Assembly (NCBI GenBank): GCA_029007825.1 | Contig: JAQXIO010000027.1 | Span: forward strand, 16,434 to 80,433 | DNA: 64,000 nt | Origin: Bacteroidales bacterium | GTDB lineage: Bacteria > Bacteroidota > Bacteroidia > Bacteroidales > JAQXIO01 | Direction of reading: 5' to 3' | Part shown: positions 22,060-31,065 of the stretch, in pieces | How the letters are laid out: every line of letters starts with the position of its first letter | Position numbering within the stretch: the first letter of the stretch is position 1 | Notes under the pieces: generated by a model | Seen by the model: only the letters and a program-made list of their open reading frames with translations | Told to the model about the DNA's origin: nothing | Databases searched by the model: none | Position numbers and translations under genes: made by a program

Positions 22060-22842
22060 ATGATATATCTTAAAACAGAGGAAGAGATTGAGTTGATGCG
22101 CCACGCAAATCGACTGGTGGGAAAAACACTGGGCGAAATTGCTAAGGTCATCGCTCCGGGTGTTACAACATTAGAACTGGATAAGGTAGCTGATACCTTT
22201 ATAAGAGATAATGGAGCGCGCCCCTCTTTTCTGGGCTATTCCGGTTTTCCTAATTCAATATGTGCATCTGTAAACGAACAGGTTGTTCATGGAATACCAT
22301 CTTCTTACAGACTTAAGGAAGGAGATGTCGTTTCGATAGATATAGGTACAGTTTTGAATGGTTACAATGGTGATTCAGCCTATACGTTTTGTGTAGGAGA
22401 GGTGAGCGAGGAGGTAAAGCGTCTTCTTAAAGCCACAAAAGAATCGCTGTATAAAGGAATTGAGGTTGCAGTTGAAAATAATCGAATAGGTGATATCGGT
22501 GCTACGATTCAGCATTATTGCGAAGAACGTGGTTACAGCGTAGTTCGCGAGTTGGTAGGGCATGGTATCGGAAAAGAAATGCATGAAGCTCCTGAAGTTC
22601 CGAATTACGGAAAAAGAGGCTATGGCCCTTTGTTGAGAAACGGCATGTGCATTGCAATAGAACCTATGATTAATATGGGATCGCGAAATATTGTTATAGA
22701 AAAAGACGGATGGACTGTCCGGACAAGAGACAAAAAGCCTTCGGCTCATTTTGAACATACGATTGCGATTCATAACGGTAAACCAGAGATTCTGTCAACA
22801 TTCGAATATATAGAAGAAGTATTAGGAGAAGGAGAGTTTTAA
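22060..22842 (+). CDS. map: Methionine aminopeptidase type I
   Basis: VVHGIP, GHGIG, AIEPM and SAHFEHT motifs. Confidence 0.98.
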   Translation: MIYLKTEEEIELMRHANRLVGKTLGEIAKVIAPGVTTLELDKVADTFIRDNGARPSFLGYSGFPNSICASVNEQVVHGIPSSYRLKEGDVVSIDIGTVLNGYNGDSAYTFCVGEVSEEVKRLLKATKESLYKGIEVAVENNRIGDIGATIQHYCEERGYSVVRELVGHGIGKEMHEAPEVPNYGKRGYGPLLRNGMCIAIEPMINMGSRNIVIEKDGWTVRTRDKKPSAHFEHTIAIHNGKPEILSTFEYIEEVLGEGEF

Positions 22843-22854
22843 AATATAATTTAT

Positions 22855-23073
22855 ATGGCTAAGCAAGCTGCTATTGAACAAGATGGAACTATAATTGAGG
22901 CATTATCGAATGCCATGTTTCGTGTTGAATTACAGAACGGACACGAAATAACAGCGCATATTTCAGGTAAGATGCGGATGCATTATATAAAGATTCTTCC
23001 CGGTGACAAGGTGAAAGTGGAAATGTCGCCTTATGATCTTACAAAGGGGAGAATATCATTCAGATATAAATGA
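22855..23073 (+). CDS. infA: Translation initiation factor IF-1
   Basis: [18 protein letters not shown] motif. Confidence 0.99.
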   Translation: MAKQAAIEQDGTIIEALSNAMFRVELQNGHEITAHISGKMRMHYIKILPGDKVKVEMSPYDLTKGRISFRYK

Positions 23074-23089
23074 TAAAAACAATAATAAT

Positions 23090-23206
23090 ATGAAAGTAAG
23101 AGCTTCATTGAAAAAACGGACACCCGATTGTAAGATTGTTAGAAGAAAGGGTCGCTTATATGTGATCAATAAAAAGAATCCTAAGTATAAACAACGTCAA
23201 GGATAA
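23090..23206 (+). CDS. rpmJ: 50S ribosomal protein L36 (zinc-independent type; absent from ORF track)
   Basis: Manual translation [38 protein letters not shown]. Confidence 0.97.
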   Translation: MKVRASLKKRTPDCKIVRRKGRLYVINKKNPKYKQRQG

Positions 23207-23235
23207 TTGACAATAAGCAAATATTCATAGAGATT

Positions 23236-23616
23236 ATGGCAATAAGAATCGTTGGTGTAGATTTACCCCAGAATAAAAGAGGGGAAATAGCGTTGACTTA
23301 TATTTATGGTATAGGTCGTAGCGGTGCGAACAAAATTCTGTCAAAGGCAGGAATTGATCGTGATATTAAAGTAAAAGATTGGACAGACGCTCAGGCTGCT
23401 GCAGTACGTGAAGTAATTGCAGAGAATTTCAAAGTTGAAGGAGACCTTCGCTCGGAAGTTCAATTAAATATTAAACGTTTGATGGATATTGGTTGTTACA
23501 GAGGTATCCGTCACCGTCTCGGTTTACCTTTGAGAGGCCAGCATACTAAAAATAATGCTCGTACGAGAAAAGGTAAAAAGAAAACTGTTGCTAATAAGAA
23601 AAAAGCTACTAAATAA
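23236..23616 (+). CDS. rpsM: 30S ribosomal protein S13
   Basis: LTYIYGIG and [16 protein letters not shown] motifs. Confidence 0.99.
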   Translation: MAIRIVGVDLPQNKRGEIALTYIYGIGRSGANKILSKAGIDRDIKVKDWTDAQAAAVREVIAENFKVEGDLRSEVQLNIKRLMDIGCYRGIRHRLGLPLRGQHTKNNARTRKGKKKTVANKKKATK

Positions 23617-23627
23617 TAAGAGTTGAT

Positions 23628-24017
23628 ATGGCAAAGAAGACAGTCGCAACGAAAAAGAGAAATGTGAAAGTAGATGCTTTCGGACAAGCTCATATTCATT
23701 CCTCTTTTAACAACATCATCATCTCCTTGACAAATAGCGAAGGACAGGTTATCAGTTGGTCATCTGCAGGTAAGTTAGGATTCAGAAGTTCTAAGAAGAA
23801 CACTCCTTATGCAGCTCAGATGGCAGCTCAGGATTGTGCAAAGGTTGCATTTGACCTTGGACTTCGTAAAGTTAAGGTATTTGTAAAAGGTCCGGGTAAC
23901 GGACGTGAATCAGCCATTAGAACCATTCATGGCGCAGGTATAGAAGTTACTGAAATTGTTGATGTAACGCCGGTTCCTCACAATGGATGTCGTCCTCCTA
24001 AAAAGAGAAGAGTATAA
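23628..24017 (+). CDS. rpsK: 30S ribosomal protein S11
   Basis: [14 protein letters not shown] and [13 protein letters not shown] motifs. Confidence 0.99.
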   Translation: MAKKTVATKKRNVKVDAFGQAHIHSSFNNIIISLTNSEGQVISWSSAGKLGFRSSKKNTPYAAQMAAQDCAKVAFDLGLRKVKVFVKGPGNGRESAIRTIHGAGIEVTEIVDVTPVPHNGCRPPKKRRV

Positions 24018-24023
24018 TCAATT

Positions 24024-24108
24024 AGTGTAGAGTAGACTTAAGGATTTATGATAGATTACATATCATCCTCTCTGTGATCGCGGCTGCATGATCTATGATT
24101 CTACTCAC
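24024..24108 (+). ncRNA. Structured rpsD leader (S4-Bacteroidia-type r-protein leader candidate)
   Basis: GAGTAGA (24030-36) pairs with TCTACTC (24100-06); inner ATGATA/TATCAT hairpin; GCGGCTGC element; lies directly 5' of rpsD. Confidence 0.55.
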
Positions 24109-24128
24109 AATAAAAAAATCTATTAAAA

Positions 24129-24734
24129 ATGGCTAGATATACAGGACCAAAAACAAGAATTGCCCGTAAGTTTGGTGAGGCAATTTTCGGAGCAGATAAA
24201 GTTCTTTCTAAAAAGAATTATCCTCCAGGACAGCATGGTAACGGACGTAAGAAGAAGACTTCTGAATATGGAATTCAGCTTCGTGAAAAGCAGAAGGCTA
24301 AATATACCTATGGTGTATTGGAAAAACAGTTCAGAAATCTCTTTGAAAAGGCCTCAAGAACTAAGGGTATTACGGGTGAGGTACTTTTGCAGTTGCTGGA
24401 ATGCAGATTAGACAATGTCGTATTCCGTTTAGGTATAGCTCCTACACGTGCAGCTGCCCGTCAGTTAGTGTCGCACAGACATATTGTTGTTGACGGAAAA
24501 GTGGTTAACATACCTTCTTTCTCTGTTAAACCCGGACAAATTGTAGGGGTAAGAGAACGTTCTAAGTCGTTTGAAGTTATAGCTGATGCATTAGCTGGTT
24601 TCAATCATAGTAAATATCCTTGGTTAGAATGGGATCAGCCCCAGATGGCAGGTAAATTCCTCCATATTCCTGAGAGAGCTGATATTCCTGAAAACATAAA
24701 GGAACAATTGATCGTAGAATTGTACTCTAAATAA
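24129..24734 (+). CDS. rpsD: 30S ribosomal protein S4
   Basis: [24 protein letters not shown] and LIVELYSK motifs. Confidence 0.99.
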   Translation: MARYTGPKTRIARKFGEAIFGADKVLSKKNYPPGQHGNGRKKKTSEYGIQLREKQKAKYTYGVLEKQFRNLFEKASRTKGITGEVLLQLLECRLDNVVFRLGIAPTRAAARQLVSHRHIVVDGKVVNIPSFSVKPGQIVGVRERSKSFEVIADALAGFNHSKYPWLEWDQPQMAGKFLHIPERADIPENIKEQLIVELYSK

Positions 24735-24747
24735 TAAATAAACGTAC

Positions 24748-25746
24748 ATGGCAATTTTAGCATTTCAAAAACCTGAGAAAGTCTTAATGTTGGAGGCTGA
24801 TAACTTTTACGGAAAGTTTGAGTTTCGTCCTCTCGAGCCTGGTTATGGTATCACTGTAGGTAATGCTCTGCGTCGCATTTTACTTTCTTCTCTTGAAGGT
24901 TTTGCGATTACATCTATTAAAATAGATGGCGTAGATCATGAATTTTCTACTATTCCGGGGGTAATTGAAGATGTTACCAACATCATTTTGAACCTTAAAA
25001 AAGTAAGGTTTAAAAAGATAGTGGAGGATGCCGAGAACGAACGCATAGTTATCAATATTTCTAAGAAAGATGTTTTTAAGGCAGGAGATTTGAATAATCA
25101 ACTGACTTCGTTTGAAGTCCTTAATCCTGACTTGGAAATTTGTCATTTGGATGAAAACGCTCATATCAATATGGAATTATCCATAAAGAAAGGGCGGGGA
25201 TATGTTCCGGCAGATGAGAATATGGAATCAAATATGGCTATAAATGAGTTGGCTATTGATTCTATTTTTACTCCAATTCGTAACGTAAAATACTCGGTAG
25301 AGAATTTTCGTGTAGAACAAAAAACAGACTACGAAAAGTTAGTTCTTGAAGTTTCTACTGACGGATCTATTCATCCGAAAGAAGCCCTCAAAGAGGCCGC
25401 TAAGATTTTGATTCATCATTTTATTCTTTTCTCTGACGATAAGATAGATATCGAACCGGTTGACGGAGACGGAAACGAAGAATTTGATGAAGAGGTGCTT
25501 AGAATGCGTCAACTATTGAAGAGCAAACTTTCTGATATGAATCTTTCAGTTCGTGCTCTGAATTGTTTGAAAGCTGCCGATGTCGAAACTCTGGGCGAGT
25601 TGGTTCGATTTAATAAGAATGATTTATTGAAGTTCCGTAATTTCGGTAAGAAATCACTGACAGAACTCGATGAACTTCTGGAGAATCTGAATCTGACCTT
25701 CGGTATGGATGTTTCGAAGTATAAACTTGATATTGATAAAGAGTAA
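24748..25746 (+). CDS. rpoA: RNA polymerase alpha subunit
   Basis: [30 protein letters not shown] and RNFGKKSL motifs. Confidence 0.99.
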   Translation: MAILAFQKPEKVLMLEADNFYGKFEFRPLEPGYGITVGNALRRILLSSLEGFAITSIKIDGVDHEFSTIPGVIEDVTNIILNLKKVRFKKIVEDAENERIVINISKKDVFKAGDLNNQLTSFEVLNPDLEICHLDENAHINMELSIKKGRGYVPADENMESNMAINELAIDSIFTPIRNVKYSVENFRVEQKTDYEKLVLEVSTDGSIHPKEALKEAAKILIHHFILFSDDKIDIEPVDGDGNEEFDEEVLRMRQLLKSKLSDMNLSVRALNCLKAADVETLGELVRFNKNDLLKFRNFGKKSLTELDELLENLNLTFGMDVSKYKLDIDKE

Positions 25747-25751
25747 CGAAA

Positions 25752-26261
25752 ATGAGACATAATAAGAAATTTAACCATTTAGGTCGTACCCATTCTCATC
25801 GTAGCGCGATGCTTTCCAATATGGCAACATCGTTGATTATGCATAAAAGAATCTTTACGACTACAGCTAAAGCTAAAGCTCTTCGTGTATATGTTGAGCC
25901 CCTGATCACAAAGTGTAAAGAGGATACTACCCAGTCACGTCGTATCGTGTTCAGTTATCTTCAGAATAAATATGCTGTAACAGAACTGTTCAGTGTTGTA
26001 GCTCAAAAAGTAGCGGATCGTCCGGGTGGATATACGAGAATCCTTAAAACGGGTAACCGTTTAGGTGATAATGCTGCCATGTGTTTTATTGAATTGGTAG
26101 ACTTCAATGAAAACATGTTGAAAGAGAAGGTTGCTAAGAAAGCTACCAGAACAAGACGTTCAAAAAAGAAAGTCGAAGCAGCAGAGTCTGCCGCAGCACC
26201 AGCTCCGGCACCGGCGGCTGAAGAAGCATCAGCTCCAACAGAAGAAGCAACGAAAGAATAA
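25752..26261 (+). CDS. rplQ: 50S ribosomal protein L17 with low-complexity C-terminal tail
   Basis: MRHNKK and RPGGYTRI motifs; Ala/Glu/Pro-rich tail. Confidence 0.99.
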   Translation: MRHNKKFNHLGRTHSHRSAMLSNMATSLIMHKRIFTTTAKAKALRVYVEPLITKCKEDTTQSRRIVFSYLQNKYAVTELFSVVAQKVADRPGGYTRILKTGNRLGDNAAMCFIELVDFNENMLKEKVAKKATRTRRSKKKVEAAESAAAPAPAPAAEEASAPTEEATKE

Positions 26262-26277
26262 TAGATCGAATGTTTCG

Positions 26278-26308
26278 AAAAGGAGCCCGAAATTTCGGGC
26301 TCTTTTTT
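26278..26308 (+). terminator. Intrinsic terminator of the ribosomal supercluster
   Basis: GAGCCCGAA/TTCGGGCTC stem followed by a T-run. Confidence 0.9.
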
Positions 26309-26347
26309 GCTTATAAAGGTTTTATTATCAATACTGGATTTTAATCT

Positions 26348-27607
26348 ATGAGATTTGACGAATTGAATTTAAAAGAGCCTCTTCTGGAAGGATTAGACGC
26401 CATGAATTTTTATGAGACTACTCCTATTCAGGAATCTACTATTCCGCTTATTCTCGGTGGGAGAGATGTTATAGCCTGTGCCCAGACCGGGACAGGAAAG
26501 ACTGCAGCTTATCTTCTTCCTATTATCAACGAACTCAGTGAAGGTAATCATCCGTCCGATGCGATTAATGCTATTGTTATGGCTCCTACACGTGAGTTGG
26601 CTCAACAGATAGACCAACAGCTGGAGGCCTTTGCTTATTTTTTACCGGTTACTTCAGTTCCTATATTTGGAGGAACGGACGGTGTTACATGGGAACAGCA
26701 GAAAAGGGGATTACAAATGGGTGCAGATGTTGTGATTGCAACGCCGGGACGTTTGCTTGCTCATCTGAATCTGGATTATGTGGATTTGTCGAGAACTTCT
26801 TATTTTATTCTGGATGAAGCCGACAGAATGTTGGATATGGGATTTTATGAAGATATTATGCAGGTGTATAAGCGCCTTCCAGAAAATGTCCAGACAATTC
26901 TTTTTTCAGCTACGATGCCGGCAAAAATCCGGGATTTTGCAAAATCCATCCTGAAAAATCCGGCAGAGGTGAAGATTGCAATTTCCAAACCACCAGAGAC
27001 AATCATGCAGACTGCCATTATCTGCTGGGAGTATCAAAAGATACGTATTCTTGAAGATTTGTTTGCAAAGAGCCGTCCGGAGAGAGTTATTGTTTTCTCA
27101 TCTTCCAAAATTAAGGTTAAAGATTTAACCGCTGCTTTGAAACGCTTAAAGTTTAATGTCGCAGAAATGCATTCTGATCTTGAGCAAATACAAAGGGAAG
27201 AGGTAATGAGGGACTTTAAGAATGGTCGTATCGATATTCTGGTTGCGACGGATATTGTTTCCAGAGGTATTGATATAGAAGATATTCGTTTGGTTATTAA
27301 TTATGATATACCCCATGATCCGGAAGATTATGTGCATCGTATCGGCCGGACTGCCCGAGCTAACAATGAGGGAATGGCTATTACTTTCGTTTCGGAAGCC
27401 GAGCAAGGCAGGTTTTATCAAATAGAAAAATTCCTCGAAAAATCGTTGTATAAAATACCCGTACCATCTGAATTGGGTGATGTTCCGGCTTATCATCCCG
27501 AACAATATGACCGGAATCATGTACATAAATATTCCGGAGGTAAAAAACGGAATAATGGGAAACGGAAAAATCAAAATAACAGGCCAAAATCATCCGATAC
27601 GGTTTAA
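26348..27607 (+). CDS. DEAD-box ATP-dependent RNA helicase (RhlE-like)
   Basis: AQTGTGKT, PTRELA, DEAD, SAT and HRIGRTAR motifs. Confidence 0.95.
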   Translation: MRFDELNLKEPLLEGLDAMNFYETTPIQESTIPLILGGRDVIACAQTGTGKTAAYLLPIINELSEGNHPSDAINAIVMAPTRELAQQIDQQLEAFAYFLPVTSVPIFGGTDGVTWEQQKRGLQMGADVVIATPGRLLAHLNLDYVDLSRTSYFILDEADRMLDMGFYEDIMQVYKRLPENVQTILFSATMPAKIRDFAKSILKNPAEVKIAISKPPETIMQTAIICWEYQKIRILEDLFAKSRPERVIVFSSSKIKVKDLTAALKRLKFNVAEMHSDLEQIQREEVMRDFKNGRIDILVATDIVSRGIDIEDIRLVINYDIPHDPEDYVHRIGRTARANNEGMAITFVSEAEQGRFYQIEKFLEKSLYKIPVPSELGDVPAYHPEQYDRNHVHKYSGGKKRNNGKRKNQNNRPKSSDTV

Positions 27608-27632
27608 ATTTATTTTGTTATTATGAGCTTGC

Positions 27633-27668
27633 AGGGAGAATATCTAAAGAGGTATAGCTCCCTTTTTT
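27633..27668 (+). terminator. Probable intrinsic terminator after the helicase gene
   Basis: AGGGAG...CTCCCT stem followed by a T-run. Confidence 0.6.
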
Positions 27669-27724
27669 GTTGTATATAGGTACTTCTTGTTTTTGAATTT
27701 TACACTTTTGGAAATATATGTTAA

Positions 27725-29089
<1,365 letters not shown>

Positions 29090-29110
29090 GTACTATTTAG
29101 ATTTAATTTG

Positions 29111-29152
29111 AATGGTCAGGCATTATCTTATTGGTTATGCTTGACCATTTTA
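29111..29152 (+). terminator. Probable eno terminator hairpin
   Basis: AATGGTCAGGCAT/ATGCTTGACCATT (13 bp, one G-U) with a T-rich tail. Confidence 0.6.
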
Positions 29153-29158
29153 TTCATT

Positions 29159-30433
29159 ATGACTATGAAGAAAAAGTGGGGCCTCACGACCATTATTTTA
29201 CTATCATTATTCCTAGGGATCTTTTGTGGACTGGCAATAAATATTTTTGATAAAGGGAATGTTCTGGACCAGACGCTTTTGGAATATTTTCTACGTCCTG
29301 TGGGGCAGATGTTTATTGCTGCCCTCAAAATGCTCGTCGTGCCTCTCGTTTTCATTTCTATAGTATGCGGGGCTGCTTCGCTGGGAGATATTAAACGTGT
29401 GGGCGCCATTGGTGGGAGCGCTTTGTTTTTTTATCTTTTTACGACAGCAATCGCTATCTCGGTTGCGTTGTGTATCGGTGAGTGGGTGTCTCCCGGAATA
29501 GGGGTAACACTCGGAAATCTTTCTTCACAACAACCTGTGCAGTTGATGGACAGTGCGTCTGCCGTTGATTTGCCTTCTATGCTTGTAAATATAATTCCCG
29601 ATAACCCGATTCAGGCTTTGGCAACGGGAAATATGCTGGCAATTATATTCTTCGCTCTTTTCATAGGTATTACCCTTTCTATACTCGGACAGAAAGTAAA
29701 ACATGTGCTGACTTTGTTTATCGAACTGAACGAGGTTATGATGAAGATGATCGACCTCATTATGAAAGCGGCTCCGGTTGGTGTTTTTGCGCTTGTTACG
29801 GTTGCTTTCGCTGGTGTCGGCTTTGATCTCATGTATGGGCTTGGAAAGTACTGTTTAGCCGTGCTTTTGGCTTTGCTTATTCATTTTGCAGTTACGTATG
29901 CTCTTCTTTTAAGAGCTATAGGAGGTGTAAATCCATTTGTTTTTTTCCGTAAATATATAAATGTTTTGTCTTTGGGTTTTTCAACAGCTACCAGTAATGC
30001 AACTATTCCGTTGGCCATAGAGACGCTGGAAGATCGCATAGGGGTAAGTAAAAGTATTGCATCGTTTACTATTCCGCTGGGAGCGACTTTAAATATGGAC
30101 GGTACTGCTATTATGCAAGGTGTCGCTGTTGTTTTTATTTCCCAGATTTATGGGGTTGAAATGACTTTAGCGCATTTTCTCACGGTTATCGTTACCGCGA
30201 CAATAGCTTCGGTCGGGACGGCAGGAATTCCGTCTATCGGGCTTATCACACTTTCTATGGTGCTTACATCTATCGGGCTTCCGGTGGAGGGTATCGCTCT
30301 TATTATGGGAGTAGATCGTTTACTGGATATGGCGCGTACGTCTGTCAATATTACCGGTGATGCAGTGTGTTCCATTATTATAGCGAGGAAGACCGGAGCG
30401 CTTGATGAAAAAATCTATTATGGCAAACAATAG
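29159..30433 (+). CDS. Dicarboxylate/amino acid:cation (DAACS) symporter
   Basis: LKMLVVPLVF and FSTATS...PLGATLNMDGT family signature; many TM helices; start at ATG 29159 or 29165. Confidence 0.92.
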   Translation: MTMKKKWGLTTIILLSLFLGIFCGLAINIFDKGNVLDQTLLEYFLRPVGQMFIAALKMLVVPLVFISIVCGAASLGDIKRVGAIGGSALFFYLFTTAIAISVALCIGEWVSPGIGVTLGNLSSQQPVQLMDSASAVDLPSMLVNIIPDNPIQALATGNMLAIIFFALFIGITLSILGQKVKHVLTLFIELNEVMMKMIDLIMKAAPVGVFALVTVAFAGVGFDLMYGLGKYCLAVLLALLIHFAVTYALLLRAIGGVNPFVFFRKYINVLSLGFSTATSNATIPLAIETLEDRIGVSKSIASFTIPLGATLNMDGTAIMQGVAVVFISQIYGVEMTLAHFLTVIVTATIASVGTAGIPSIGLITLSMVLTSIGLPVEGIALIMGVDRLLDMARTSVNITGDAVCSIIIARKTGALDEKIYYGKQ

Positions 30434-30455
30434 AATCTGAAGGTATTTTTTAAGT

Positions 30456-30495
30456 CAAAGAGCCGCGAATTATTATTAATATTCGCGGCTCTTTG
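30456..30495. terminator. Bidirectional terminator between the symporter gene and rplS
   Basis: CAAAGAGCCGCGAAT/ATTCGCGGCTCTTTG 15-bp perfect inverted repeat between convergent genes. Confidence 0.85.
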
Positions 30496-30514
30496 CATAT
30501 ATTCTAAAGGCTGA

Positions 30515-30862
30515 TTAGAATCTTTTTTCTTTAATACGTGCTTTTTTACCGGTCAGGCCACGTAAGTAATATAATTTAGCACGACGTACTTTACCGATTT
30601 TATTTACTTCGATGCTGTCAATAAACGGTGATTCGAGAGGAAAGATACGCTCTACTCCGACATTGTCGGACATTTTACGTACAGTAATGCGTTTTTTCTC
30701 TTCACTTCCGGAAATGCGGATTACTATTCCCCTGAATTGCTGGATACGTTCCTTATTGCCTTCTTTAATACGATAAGCTACGGTTATCGTATCTCCACTT
30801 TTGAATTTAGGATGCTCTTTGTTTGTAGAGAATGCCTGTTCTGCAATTTTAATTAAGTCCAT
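30515..30862 (-). CDS. rplS: 50S ribosomal protein L19
   Basis: [15 protein letters not shown] and [11 protein letters not shown] motifs. Confidence 0.99.
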   Translation of the reverse strand: MDLIKIAEQAFSTNKEHPKFKSGDTITVAYRIKEGNKERIQQFRGIVIRISGSEEKKRITVRKMSDNVGVERIFPLESPFIDSIEVNKIGKVRRAKLYYLRGLTGKKARIKEKRF

Positions 30863-31065
30863 TTTATAGCTTTTTTAATTGTTTGAATTTGAAAACGCAA
30901 TGTTGCAGGAATCTACCTGAAGAGATTGCGCAAAGCGGTTGCAAAGTAACGAATAAAATATCTATTTCACAACTCTTTAGGCTATATTTTTTGGAAGAGT
31001 AATCGGTATACATTGTGTGAATCGCCTGAATTATGTATTTTTGAATGATTAATAGGAGTGCTTAT

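Noticed and set aside
26170-26261. Low-complexity repeat at the rplQ 3' end
   Set aside because: Ala/Pro/Glu tails on L17 are common in Bacteroidetes; not a DNA repeat element.
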